Shown here: in pieces, positions 20,713 through 31,553 of the stretch | How positions within the stretch are numbered: the first letter of the stretch is position 1 | Layout: every line of letters begins with the position of its first letter | Source of the DNA: Polyangiales bacterium | Lineage (GTDB): Bacteria; Myxococcota_A; Polyangia; Polyangiales; Polyangiaceae | Direction of reading: 5' to 3' | Assembly: GCA_038230375.1 (NCBI GenBank) | Contig: JBBRNJ010000014.1 | Coordinates: forward strand, 1-64,000 | DNA length: 64,000 bases | Notes under the pieces: model-generated | What the model saw: the letters and a program-made list of their open reading frames with translations, nothing else | Database searches by the model: none | What the model was told of the DNA's origin: nothing | Made by a program: the position numbers and the translations under genes

Positions 20713-21818
20713 GGGTCGAGCATCTCGGCCACGGCCTTCGCCGGGTCATGTCCGGCCCCCAACGTACGCTCCACGCGGTCGCACGCGACCAGAAATCGCT
20801 CGCGCTCTTCGAGCACCATCATGAGCTCGGCCGCGACCGCGCGCGGTGTGACGTCGCGCTGGAGCAGCTCCGGAAAGGCGCGTTCGCCGAGCAGCACGTT
20901 CGGCAGTGCCACGTTCTTCACGGTGAGCAGCGCGCGTGCGAGCGCCTCCGTCAGCATTGACACCTTGTAAGTCACCACGGGCACGGCGCGCGAAAGCGCC
21001 GCCTCCAGCGACGCCGTCCCGGACGCGCACAGCGCCGCGTCGAACGCGGGCATGAACATCCCGGCGCCATCATCCGCGTCCACCTGGGTGATCGGCACGC
21101 GCGCGGCCGCGGCCGTCTCGGTGACCCACGCGCGCGTTGCCGCATCCAGGCTCGGGGCGACGAGCACGCGCGCCTCCACGCTCGCCGTGGGACGCCGCAC
21201 GCGCTCGTAGCCGGCGAGCAGTGCGGGCAGGAGCGCTCGCACCTCGTGCGGGCGACTTCCAGGAAGGATCGCGACGGCCTTCGCGAGCGGCGCCAGACCC
21301 AGGGCGTCACGCAGCACACCACGCGGCACCCGCGAGATGGTGGTCGCGGGGTGGCCCACGTACCGCGTGCTCACGCCGAGCTTGTCCCAGAGCGGCTCCT
21401 CGAATGGCAGCATGACCGCCATCTTGTCGAGCTTCGCCGCGATCCTCTTCCCGCGAAACAGCCCCCACGCCCACACCTGCGGCGCCCCGTACCACAGCAC
21501 GGGCACGCGCTCCTTTTGCAGCACGTCCAGGAGGCTGGTGTTGAAACCCGTGTAGTTTACAAGCAATGCCGCCCACGGCTTCCGTGCGCGAAGCTCCTTC
21601 GTGAGGCGACCGCGCGCGCGCACGATCGCCGGCAGCTTCGAAGCCACTTCATACGTGCCCATGCCCGTGAGATCACGCAGGTGCGTCGTGAGCTCCATGC
21701 CCGCGCGCGCACACGCGTCGCCGCCCAGGCCGAATGCGCGCTCGCCCAGATGGCGCAGGACGTCGGCGGCGGCCTTGTCACCGGACTGTTCACCAGCCGA
21801 AACGAGCAGCGTGCTCAC
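20661..21818 (-). CDS. lpxB: lipid-A-disaccharide synthase
   Basis: VSAGEQSGD, PQVWAW, LPFE, YVGHP, LPGSRPHE, SGTASLE, LPNVLL, PELLQ. Confidence 0.93.
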   Translation of the reverse strand: MSTLLVSAGEQSGDKAAADVLRHLGERAFGLGGDACARAGMELTTHLRDLTGMGTYEVASKLPAIVRARGRLTKELRARKPWAALLVNYTGFNTSLLDVLQKERVPVLWYGAPQVWAWGLFRGKRIAAKLDKMAVMLPFEEPLWDKLGVSTRYVGHPATTISRVPRGVLRDALGLAPLAKAVAILPGSRPHEVRALLPALLAGYERVRRPTASVEARVLVAPSLDAATRAWVTETAAAARVPITQVDADDGAGMFMPAFDAALCASGTASLEAALSRAVPVVTYKVSMLTEALARALLTVKNVALPNVLLGERAFPELLQRDVTPRAVAAELMMVLEERERFLVACDRVERTLGAGHDPAKAVAEMLDPWRRSPAAARKNSPPRR

Positions 21819-22804
21819 GCCTGCTGCGGGTCGGCTCGACGTCCGTTCCGTTCACGTCGCGCGCGCCGGACGAGCAGGCCAAGCGCGAAGACGGAGCCGA
21901 TGAAGACATTCTCGTGCGAGCCGTGCTCGCTGGTGCTCCCGAGCCCAGACGCGGAGATGGCGCACGTGGAGTTGCCCGGCGTGGGGCACGCGGACTGGAA
22001 GCCGCCGCGCGGCGTGGGATCGCAGGAGTCGCCCATGGAGAGCTGGTTGCCCGTGTTGTCGAACACGACGCGGTTTCCGTCGGGGTGGTAGATCGAGCAC
22101 ACGCCCGTGATGTCGTCGATCGTCAGGTTGCGCATGTTCGTCGCGCCGGCGTTGTACGTTGGGTACATCACCGCCTGGTGGTTGTCCGAGTGGGCAAGGC
22201 CCAGGAAGTGGCCGGCCTCGTGTGTGATGATGCTGTCCAGGTCGTAGCCGTCCTTCGGCACGGGATCCTGCGTGGTGACGCGGTACTCGTGCGTGTTGAT
22301 CGCCATGTCCGCGTCGTAGATCTCACCCGTGTCTGCGTTGAAGGTGACGAACGTCTTGCCGAGCGTATTGCTCTGGTCGCCGTAAGGCCACGTGTCGTCC
22401 GCGAAGAAGATGACGTGCTGGTTTCCCTTGCCGGAGACGTACGTGTTGGTCGCGCAGTCCACCGCGCCAAGGTCGCGCGCGTCGATGCTGGCGCGCGAGC
22501 CCGCTGTGCCGTCCGTGGAGCACGACGTGCCTGTCCAGCGAGCGAAGGCACGCGAGGCGATCGTGATCGCGTCCTCACGTGAGATCTGCGCGCTGACCTT
22601 GGTCGAAAGGCTGTATCCCACGCAGCTGTTCTTCCAGAAGAGCGGAAAACCCTGGTCGAAGCACTGTCCCACGGGGAAGTCCGCCGGCAGCTTTCCTGTA
22701 TGTGTGCGGCAGAACGCGTCCGCATCTGCCGACCACGCGAGGCCCGCAAGGATGCAGAGCGCAGCGGCCACGTGTCTCGACGCTGCGCGTACGTCAACGC
22801 GCAT
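21815..22804 (-). CDS. matrixin-family (M10) zinc metalloprotease with MYXO-CTERM-like tail
   Basis: Signal peptide, HEAGHFLGLAHS zinc motif, AVMYP Met-turn, C-terminal Cys, TM and Arg cluster. Confidence 0.88.
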   Translation of the reverse strand: MRVDVRAASRHVAAALCILAGLAWSADADAFCRTHTGKLPADFPVGQCFDQGFPLFWKNSCVGYSLSTKVSAQISREDAITIASRAFARWTGTSCSTDGTAGSRASIDARDLGAVDCATNTYVSGKGNQHVIFFADDTWPYGDQSNTLGKTFVTFNADTGEIYDADMAINTHEYRVTTQDPVPKDGYDLDSIITHEAGHFLGLAHSDNHQAVMYPTYNAGATNMRNLTIDDITGVCSIYHPDGNRVVFDNTGNQLSMGDSCDPTPRGGFQSACPTPGNSTCAISASGLGSTSEHGSHENVFIGSVFALGLLVRRARRERNGRRADPQQA

Positions 22805-23498
22805 GCAGCCTCCGGTAGGCCGCGGCGACGTCGCGCACGACCTCGGAGGTGGTGCGCCCGCAGATGACGTCCGTCGCGAGCTGCGGCGTCGCCGTCACGC
22901 GGATGCTCTGTCCCGTGCTCGCGCCCGCGCTGTCGATGGCCTGAAGCGCATTCCTGGGCTGGAGGAGCAAACCCGTTGCGCGGCTCTGGCGGAAGCGGAG
23001 GCCTACGGTCGTGTTGGCGGTGGCGTTGGTGGTCGCGTTGGCGGGGGCGTTGGCGGTCGCAGGCGGGGTGGGTGTCGTGATGGGCTCGGTGACGAACTGG
23101 CCCTGCGCGTCGGCCGTCACGTTGTACGCGCCGGGCACACCGTGCCGGAGGAAGAGCAGCTGCTGCTTGCCCACGGAGAAAGTGGGCTCGCCCTCGGACA
23201 CCATACCGATGTGATCGACGACACCGCCGAACGCCCGCACGTAGACGTCACTGCCCGTGGGCGCGTCGCCCGCGACCTGCGTGTCCACATGGAGCCGCGT
23301 GTACGTGAAGATCTTCCCATCCTCCATCTGCGCGTGCTCCTCGACCGGGGTGGCCAGGACAATCGCGTGAGAGGCGAGGACGAGCGCGTCGAACGTGACG
23401 GCGATCGACACGGCGGCCTCAGCGGGCCGCTCCTCCATGGACGCGGTGGCAAAAGAAAGGGCAGCGGTGAGGACAGCCAGGCGGGCAAGGACCTTCAT
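22794..23498 (-). CDS. secreted hypothetical protein coupled to the matrixin gene
   Basis: Signal peptide (MKVLARLAVL...AEA), overlap with the matrixin start, TACCTT box upstream. Confidence 0.75.
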   Translation of the reverse strand: MKVLARLAVLTAALSFATASMEERPAEAAVSIAVTFDALVLASHAIVLATPVEEHAQMEDGKIFTYTRLHVDTQVAGDAPTGSDVYVRAFGGVVDHIGMVSEGEPTFSVGKQQLLFLRHGVPGAYNVTADAQGQFVTEPITTPTPPATANAPANATTNATANTTVGLRFRQSRATGLLLQPRNALQAIDSAGASTGQSIRVTATPQLATDVICGRTTSEVVRDVAAAYRRLHAR

Positions 23499-23561
23499 GT
23501 CGTTTCTCAAGGTAGCACGAATCCCCCGCTCGTCTGGTGGAGGCCCAGACGCGAGATCGAT

Positions 23562-23589
23562 CACTCTCATCGAACCACTCTCATCGAAC
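23562..23589. repeat. perfect 14-bp tandem duplication CACTCTCATCGAAC x2
   Basis: Directly visible; intergenic. Confidence 0.85.
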
Positions 23590-23615
23590 GGGGGACGCAA
23601 ACTGCCGCAGTCGAA

Positions 23616-24521
23616 CTAAGCGGTCGTCTTGCGCCGTCCGATGAGCCCGAGCACGCACAATGGCTCCGGCGAGCGGCTCATGACGAGAACGTCTCCCAGG
23701 GCGAGCTTGAACTCCGTCTTGTGGCCGTCGAGATAGAGGCGCGCTGTTCGCATCTTGTTCCGCAATTCGATCTCGCCGCCGTCGCCGACCAGCCCCTGGA
23801 TCATTCTCAGCCGCTTGCCGAGCGGCGTGTACGGCTCCCGCACCACGTACTGGATCTGCGTGGACGTGAGCGGGAGCACCTTGCCGCCCGCGCTCCTCTG
23901 CGCGGCGGTGGAGCCCGCGGCGGGGCCGATCCAAAGCCCGCTCGATTTCTGCTCCTCTTCGCGCGCGCCTCCGCGCTTGGCGCGCACCGTGAGGATGTAC
24001 TTGGACGTGGCGGCGGGCGACGCATGGCAGAAGAGCGCCTCGTTGAGGACACGCGCGTGCAGCACCCGGTTGTTGAGCGACACCTGCATGCGCGAGAGCG
24101 TCGTGGATGGCAGCTTGTTCGTGAGCGCCTTCTTCAGGGTCGCGTGGACGTTGCCTTTGTGACCACCACAAAAGAAGCCCACCGAGTGCTGGGGCGCGCT
24201 GTTGATGCCGAGCAACCGCGTGTCAGGCCCGAGCTGATGGGATGCGGCGAGCAGCGTGCCGTCGCCGCCCACGGTCACCACCAGGTCGAACGTCTCGTCG
24301 ATCATGGTGGTGGGCGCGTCGGAGAACACGGCCGTCTCGCCCAGCCGTGTGAGCGCAGCGCGCAGCTCGGTCACGGTGGTCTCGTGATCGTCGTGCGACT
24401 TTCGCCAGCGTGCGACGCTCGGATCGCGCTGGGCGACGAGCTTCATCACGTGAGAGTCCCCGTCGGTCAGGACGTACTCCGTGTATGGCGTTCGCTTGAG
24501 GAGGACCAGGATCTTGCTCAT
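23616..24521 (-). CDS. nadK: NAD(+)/NADH kinase
   Basis: VGGDGTLL, LNEAL, SSGLWI.PAAGSTA..RSAGG. Confidence 0.9.
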   Translation of the reverse strand: MSKILVLLKRTPYTEYVLTDGDSHVMKLVAQRDPSVARWRKSHDDHETTVTELRAALTRLGETAVFSDAPTTMIDETFDLVVTVGGDGTLLAASHQLGPDTRLLGINSAPQHSVGFFCGGHKGNVHATLKKALTNKLPSTTLSRMQVSLNNRVLHARVLNEALFCHASPAATSKYILTVRAKRGGAREEEQKSSGLWIGPAAGSTAAQRSAGGKVLPLTSTQIQYVVREPYTPLGKRLRMIQGLVGDGGEIELRNKMRTARLYLDGHKTEFKLALGDVLVMSRSPEPLCVLGLIGRRKTTA

Positions 24522-25213
24522 CGCGATGCACCCAGTTCCGTCGAGATGAGTGAGCGGTCCAGCCGGTCGGCCAGCCGGCGCAATCCGAGCTCTGTCTTCT
24601 CGTCCACGATCTCACCTGCGCGTGCCCTTGCGAGCGCGATGTCGACCGGCAGCACGATGACCTGGCCGCCGTGCTCGAGCGGCGAGCCGTCGAGCGTGGG
24701 CTCGTGGCGCTCGGTTGGACGCACGCGGCAAATGACGAAGTGGTGGTACTCGCCGATGAGGGCGGGCGCGGGTGCCAGACTCCGACCAAGCCGGGCGACA
24801 TCCTTCACGTCGATCTGAAACCCCAGCTCCTCTTCGGTCTCGCGCACGGCCGCATCTTCTGGCGTCTCTCCGGGCTCCACCAGACCTGCAGGCAGCTCCC
24901 ACAGGCTTCCGCCATCCATGGCTGCGTCGCCAGCGGCTTCTCCCAGCTCCGCGGGGCGCAGCGCGAGCGGCGGTCTCACAGCGGAGCGCAGGTACACGAA
25001 GTCACGTTGCCCTTCCGTGTAGACTGCACATATCACCACGGCATCCAGCGCCCGGCGCGTGACCACGTCATACGGGAACGTCTTGCTCTCGGTCCCGTCA
25101 GGGTAGGTGGCGCGCAAGCCCAGCCGGCGGACGTTCACGAAGCCCGACATGTCGCTATCCCGCTCCTCGACCACGGTGAGCCGGATGGCGGGCGGCTTGG
25201 GGAGAGTGGGCAC
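24518..25213 (-). CDS. NUDIX hydrolase (ADP-ribose pyrophosphatase-like)
   Basis: ELPAGLVEPGETPEDAAVRETEEELG Nudix box. Confidence 0.9.
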   Translation of the reverse strand: MPTLPKPPAIRLTVVEERDSDMSGFVNVRRLGLRATYPDGTESKTFPYDVVTRRALDAVVICAVYTEGQRDFVYLRSAVRPPLALRPAELGEAAGDAAMDGGSLWELPAGLVEPGETPEDAAVRETEEELGFQIDVKDVARLGRSLAPAPALIGEYHHFVICRVRPTERHEPTLDGSPLEHGGQVIVLPVDIALARARAGEIVDEKTELGLRRLADRLDRSLISTELGASR

Positions 25214-25433
25214 GCCGGGCCAGCGTATTTCATCGCATGTGCTGCGAAAAGGGGAATCGTCGATCTGGGTCGAGCGTATCTTCAGGAGTCCCCGGCTGGA
25301 GGTCCGCTGCCTTAACTCAGCTGCTCGGCCCCTCCCCGAGCCCGCTCGGAGTTGCTACGCTGCTCAAAGGTTCGACGCACAAAGGCGTCCAACCTCCGGA
25401 ACTTCGGCCGCGCTCGCACGTCACAAAGCCTCG

Positions 25434-27614
25434 ATGGGTCAAGAACAAGAGAGAACGTCCGCTCCGGCGCCCGCAAACGGCCCGCCCATCGAACCGCCGG
25501 TGGCGATCGTGGAGAGGGTCGACCTATCGGCCATCCACAAGAAGGTCGCCTCCGCGCAGTTTCGTCTGCGCATGGATCGGGCCCTGCACGTCTTCTTCGT
25601 TGCGCTCGCGTTCGGCCTCGCAGCCGCGGTCCTCACGGTGGTCCTACGAAAGCTCGGCTACGTGTCGGAGCCGCGCGCACGTGTCGCGCTCATCGCCAGC
25701 CTCGCGATCGTGCTCCTGTCGTCCATCGTTGCGTTCGCGCGCAGGCTCGCGCCGCGTGCGGGCGCGGTGGCCCTCGATCGGTTCCACAATCTCTCTGATC
25801 GGCTCTCGTCCGCGCTCGACTTCGGCGCGCTTCCGCCCGCGGAGCAGACGCCGTTCATGCGCGTCGCCATCGACGACGCTGTCACGGCCGCGCAGGTCAC
25901 GGAGCCGTCGCGCGCCGTTCGCATCTCGCTTCCGCGCGACTGGGTGGTCGCATCTGGCGGCCTCTTGCTCGGCGTCGCGCTCGTCTCCCTGTTCGAGGTG
26001 CGGCATCACCAGCAGCTCGGCACCACCAAGCCCATCGACGCGGTCGACGTGACCGCCGACGACCTTGATGCCATGCGCGAGTTCCTCCGCGACATGGACC
26101 AGAAGAACCAGACGGACGAGGCGCGCGCCGCCACGCAGGAGTTCAACCAGCTCATCGAGGACCTCGCGAACAAGCGCCTCGATCGCACCGAGGCCTTCCG
26201 CCGCATGCAGGCGCTCGAGGAGAAGATGCTCGAGGGCCGCGAGGCCGACAAGAAATCGCTCGAGGACGCCCTGAAGAAGATGGGCGAGGAGATGAAGAAG
26301 AGCGAGATGACCAAGCCCGCGGGCGAGGCGCTCGAGAACAAGAACCTGGTCGACGCAGAGAAGCAGCTCCGCGACCTGGCCAAGAAGCTGCGCGAGGACG
26401 GCAAGAACGTCGACAAGTCACAGCTCGAGAAGATGCGCGACGCGCTGAAGGCCGCCGCGTCCGAGCAGTCGAAGCGCCAGCAGGCCCTGAACGAGAAGCG
26501 CGCCGAGCTGAAGGAGCAGCTCCTCAAGCAGAAGCAGAAGATGGGTGACGGCGGCGCGCAGAACGAGGAAGAGCGCAGCCTGCTCCAGAAGCGCGAGCGC
26601 GAGCTCGAACGTCTTGATCGCGAGCAAGAGCGGCAGGATGCCGCGGGCCGCCAGCTCGATCGCCTCGACCGCGAGCTCTCGCAGGCGGCGGAAGATCTCA
26701 TGAAGGATCTCGGCCTCTCCGCGCAGGATCTCGAGAAGGGCGCCGAGGACATCAACCGGATGGCCAAGGAAGAGATGTCGGCGGAGGAGAAGGAGCAGCT
26801 TCGTCAGAAGATCGAAGAGCTGCGCCAGATGCTCCGTCAGCAGGGCCAGGGCGGGCAGGGACAGATGTCGCGTCTGCGCCAGTTCCAGCAGCGCGCGCAT
26901 GGTCAGGGCGGGCAACAAGGTCAGGGCGGCCAGCAAGGGCAGGGTCAGCAGGGCCAGGGGCAAGAAGGCCAGGGACAGCAGGGGCAGGGCGGTCAGCAGG
27001 GTCAGGGTCAGCAAGGTCAGGGCGGTCAGCAGGGTCAGGGTCAGCAGGGCCAGGGCGGACAGCAGGGCCAAGGTCAGGGACAGGGTCAGGGTCAGGGTCA
27101 GGGTCAAGGTCAGGGTCAGGGTCAAGGTCAGGGTCAAGGTCAAGGTCAGGGCCAGGGTCAAGGGCAGGGCCAGGGTGGGGTTTCCGTTGGGCAGGGCGCC
27201 AATGGTGAGACCTGGGTCATGGGTCCCAATGGCGAGAAGCTCCTCATGCTCACGAAGAGCAGCAGCGGAAATGGGAGCGGGACTGGCAACGGCGGGAATG
27301 GGACTGGGCAGTCGCCGGGCTCGCGCGGCTACGGCAGCGGCCACGACGACAAGGTCCAGGGCGGCGCTACGAACCCGAGGGTCGGTACCCAGGACACGCA
27401 GGTTGCCGGCCAGGACACAGGTCAGGGCGGAAGCCGCAGCGAGGTCATCCAGGGCGCGGCGGAGCGTGGCTTCGCGTCGCGCGGCTACCAGAAGGTATTT
27501 CGCGAGTATCACAACGTCGCCGAGGAGGCTCTCGACAAGGACGAGATCCCCGGTGGCTACAGGTTCTACGTCAGGCGTTACTTCCAGCTGATTCGCCCGC
27601 GCGAAGATCAGTAG
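25434..27614 (+). CDS. membrane-anchored coiled-coil protein with Gly/Gln repeat (first gene of MoxR operon)
   Basis: Three N-terminal TM segments, long coiled coil, GQ tract, C-terminal IPGGYRFYVRRYFQLI. Confidence 0.85.
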   Translation: MGQEQERTSAPAPANGPPIEPPVAIVERVDLSAIHKKVASAQFRLRMDRALHVFFVALAFGLAAAVLTVVLRKLGYVSEPRARVALIASLAIVLLSSIVAFARRLAPRAGAVALDRFHNLSDRLSSALDFGALPPAEQTPFMRVAIDDAVTAAQVTEPSRAVRISLPRDWVVASGGLLLGVALVSLFEVRHHQQLGTTKPIDAVDVTADDLDAMREFLRDMDQKNQTDEARAATQEFNQLIEDLANKRLDRTEAFRRMQALEEKMLEGREADKKSLEDALKKMGEEMKKSEMTKPAGEALENKNLVDAEKQLRDLAKKLREDGKNVDKSQLEKMRDALKAAASEQSKRQQALNEKRAELKEQLLKQKQKMGDGGAQNEEERSLLQKRERELERLDREQERQDAAGRQLDRLDRELSQAAEDLMKDLGLSAQDLEKGAEDINRMAKEEMSAEEKEQLRQKIEELRQMLRQQGQGGQGQMSRLRQFQQRAHGQGGQQGQGGQQGQGQQGQGQEGQGQQGQGGQQGQGQQGQGGQQGQGQQGQGGQQGQGQGQGQGQGQGQGQGQGQGQGQGQGQGQGQGQGQGGVSVGQGANGETWVMGPNGEKLLMLTKSSSGNGSGTGNGGNGTGQSPGSRGYGSGHDDKVQGGATNPRVGTQDTQVAGQDTGQGGSRSEVIQGAAERGFASRGYQKVFREYHNVAEEALDKDEIPGGYRFYVRRYFQLIRPREDQ
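26845..27176 (+). repeat. coding GGTCAG/GGCCAG hexamer repeats encoding (GQ)n and GGQQGQ
   Basis: Directly visible in DNA and protein. Confidence 0.9.
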
Positions 27615-27634
27615 ATCGAAAAGAACGAGAGACC

Positions 27635-28690
<1,056 letters not shown>

Positions 28691-28699
28691 GGAACGCGT

Positions 28700-29635
28700 T
28701 TGGGCCTCCTCGACATCCTGCGCGGTGGTAGCGCGAAGAAGGCTGCGTCCACGAAGGACGACGAGCTCTTCGACGACGACTTCCAGCGCAAGCTCGACTA
28801 CCTGGCGCTGGTGAGCCGTCGCGTGTTCGCCGGGCGCATGCGCGCAGATCGCCGCACGAAGAAGAGCGGCAGCGGCGTCGAGTTCGCGGACCACCGCAGC
28901 TACCAGCCCGGCGACGACTTCCGTTACCTGGACTGGAACATCTACCAGCGCTTCGACAAGCTCCTCTTGCGCCTCTTCGAGGAAGAGGAGGATCTCGCGA
29001 TCTACTTCATCGTCGACCAGAGCGCGTCCATGTCCTTCGGCGACGGCAAGAAGCTGAAGTACGCAAAGCGCGTCGCAGCGGCGCTCGCTTATGTGGGCCT
29101 TGCCAACCTTGATCGCGTCGCCATCGTGGGCGCGAACGATCACGTCGCGCAGCGCATGCAGCAGACGCGCGGCAAGGCACGCATCTTCAAGGTCTTTCGC
29201 TTTCTGAAGGAGCTGAAGGCCGAAGGCACCACCGACCTTGGTGATGCCATGAAAGGGTTCGTGGCGCAGAACAAGCGCCGCGGGCTCGCCGTCCTCATCA
29301 GCGATCTCTACGACCCGCAGGGCTTCGAGCGCGGCATCAACGTGCTCCGCTACAACAAGTTCGATCCATTCGTGGTCCACATCACCGACGAGACCGAGGC
29401 AAAGCCCAAGCTCAACGGCGACGTGCTCCTCTACGACTGCGAGACCGGCGACGAGCGCGAGCTCACCGTGACCGCTGGCGTGTTGAAGAAGTACGAGCTG
29501 GTCTACAAGGAGTACCTGCAGGACATCGAGCGCTTCTGCTCCTCGCATACCGTGCCCAGCATTCGCGCAGACGTGTCCGTGCCCTTCGACCAGCTCGTGC
29601 TGAAGGTGTTCCGCCGCGGGGGATTCCTGAGATGA
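28700..29635 (+). CDS. DUF58 domain protein
   Basis: GSGVEFADHRSYQPGDDFRYLDW, DQSASM, ISDL; TTG start. Confidence 0.92.
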   Translation: MGLLDILRGGSAKKAASTKDDELFDDDFQRKLDYLALVSRRVFAGRMRADRRTKKSGSGVEFADHRSYQPGDDFRYLDWNIYQRFDKLLLRLFEEEEDLAIYFIVDQSASMSFGDGKKLKYAKRVAAALAYVGLANLDRVAIVGANDHVAQRMQQTRGKARIFKVFRFLKELKAEGTTDLGDAMKGFVAQNKRRGLAVLISDLYDPQGFERGINVLRYNKFDPFVVHITDETEAKPKLNGDVLLYDCETGDERELTVTAGVLKKYELVYKEYLQDIERFCSSHTVPSIRADVSVPFDQLVLKVFRRGGFLR

Positions 29636-29645
29636 AGGTGGGCCC

Positions 29646-31553
29646 GTGACGTTCCACGGCTTGCCGATGGGGCAGCTGCTCGCGGCGTTCGGCGCTGCGT
29701 CGGCGGTCGTCGTGGCGCTCTACATCCTGAAGCTGCGGAGGCGCACGGTCGCCGTCCCGTTCTCCAAGCTGTGGGAGCGCCTCACCAAGGACAAGGAGGC
29801 GACCAGCCTCTTCTCCAAGCTGAAGCGCCTCTTGTCGTTGTTGCTCCAGCTGCTCCTCCTTGCGTTGCTCGCGTTTGCGCTCGGTGATCCGCGCGCGGCG
29901 ATGACGTTCACGGAGGGCCGTACCGTGGTCGTGCTGATCGATGCGAGCGCGTCGATGCAGGCGACGGACGTGTCGCCCACGCGGCTTGGCGCCGCGAAAG
30001 AAGAAGTGAAGAAGATGATCCGCGGCCTGGGCGGCTCGGATCGCATGCTCATCGCGCAGATGGACGCCGTTGTCATGCCGCTCGGCCCCATGAGCGACGA
30101 CACGCTGGAGCTGGAGCACGAGCTCGAGCACATTCATCCCACGGACGCCCGCGCCGACTTTGCACGCGCGCTCAGGTTCGCCGCGGACGCGCTCCGCGAC
30201 GAGAAGCACGGCGAGATCGTGATCGTGTCGGACGGCGCGCTTGGTCCCGCCGCGGACGCGCAAGGCGTGGTGCACACCGGCAGCGCCAAGATCACGTTCG
30301 TGCCCATCGGCGAGAAGAAGCGCAACGTGGGCATCACCGCCTTCTCCGTGCGCCGTTACCCGCTGGACAAGAGCCGCTACGAGGTGATGCTCGAGGTCGA
30401 GAACACCGGTCCCGTGGACGAGCAGGTGGAGCTCTCGCTCTACGGCGACAAGACCCTCGTCGACCTCACGAAGCTGCGCCTCCGCCCGGGCGAGCGCCTC
30501 CCACGCTTCTATCCGAACCTCTCGGGAGCCAGCCGTAAGCTAGAGGCGAACATCAAGCCGCTCGAGGGCTCCGAGGACGCGCTGGCCGCGGACAACCACG
30601 CGTTCGCGCTCTTGCCGGAGCGGCGCCGCGCGAAGGTCCTCGTCGTGACCGCGGGCAACACGTACCTGGAAGCCGCGCTGCTGCTCGACGAATATCTGGA
30701 TGTAGAATACATCTCTCCCGGCAACTTTGCGCTGAAGTACTCGCAGAGCGCACCCAAGGTCGACGCCGTCGTGTTCGACGGGGTGACCCCCATGACACCG
30801 GCGCGCGTGAACGCGATCTATCTGGACCCGCGCGGGCCCGGCTCGCCCGTGAAGGTGGACGCGGAGATCAAGCAGCCCGGCTTCGACAAGATCGACCGCA
30901 GGCACCCGATCGTCCGTTGGACCGCCCTGGACGACGTGAACATCGCCGTGGGCCACAAGCTCGTGGCGGAGCCGGGCGACAAGATCATCGGCGCGTCGGC
31001 CGCGGGACCCATCCTGGTCGCGGGCAGCCGCAGCGGCTTCCGCTTCGTGGCGCTGGGCTTCGACGTGCGCGCAAGCGATCTGCCACTGCGCGTGGCCTGG
31101 CCACTGCTGCTCTTGAACAGCATCAACTGGTTCTCGGACGAGGACGCGCAGTACATCTCGAGCTTCCGCACGGGAGACGTGTGGCGCGTACCGGTGGGCG
31201 TGTCGTTCTCGCAGGCAAAGCTCGCTCGCCCCGATGGGCTCACGGAGATGGTCCCCGTGCACGAGGGCCGCGCGGTGTACCTGGGGCAGCGCTCGGGCTT
31301 CTACGACGTGACCACGGATCCACTGCCTGGCGGTGACGCACCGCAGGTGGTGAGCTTCGCCGCGAACCTTCTGGATGCGGAGGAGAGCCGCATCGAGCCG
31401 AAGCCGGAGATCTTTGTGGATGGCAAGAAGGCGGGGCAGCTGGAGGGCTTCCAGGTCGGCGTGCGCCGCGAGATCTGGATCTACCTCCTCCTCATCGCGA
31501 TCCTCCTCACCGTCATCGAGTGGGCGACCTACCACCGGAGGCTCACCGTCTGA
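29646..31553 (+). CDS. BatA-like / VWA domain membrane protein
   Basis: N-terminal LYILK...LLALAFALGDP, DASASM MIDAS motif, VSDG, C-terminal TM (IEW). Confidence 0.88.
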   Translation: MTFHGLPMGQLLAAFGAASAVVVALYILKLRRRTVAVPFSKLWERLTKDKEATSLFSKLKRLLSLLLQLLLLALLAFALGDPRAAMTFTEGRTVVVLIDASASMQATDVSPTRLGAAKEEVKKMIRGLGGSDRMLIAQMDAVVMPLGPMSDDTLELEHELEHIHPTDARADFARALRFAADALRDEKHGEIVIVSDGALGPAADAQGVVHTGSAKITFVPIGEKKRNVGITAFSVRRYPLDKSRYEVMLEVENTGPVDEQVELSLYGDKTLVDLTKLRLRPGERLPRFYPNLSGASRKLEANIKPLEGSEDALAADNHAFALLPERRRAKVLVVTAGNTYLEAALLLDEYLDVEYISPGNFALKYSQSAPKVDAVVFDGVTPMTPARVNAIYLDPRGPGSPVKVDAEIKQPGFDKIDRRHPIVRWTALDDVNIAVGHKLVAEPGDKIIGASAAGPILVAGSRSGFRFVALGFDVRASDLPLRVAWPLLLLNSINWFSDEDAQYISSFRTGDVWRVPVGVSFSQAKLARPDGLTEMVPVHEGRAVYLGQRSGFYDVTTDPLPGGDAPQVVSFAANLLDAEESRIEPKPEIFVDGKKAGQLEGFQVGVRREIWIYLLLIAILLTVIEWATYHRRLTV

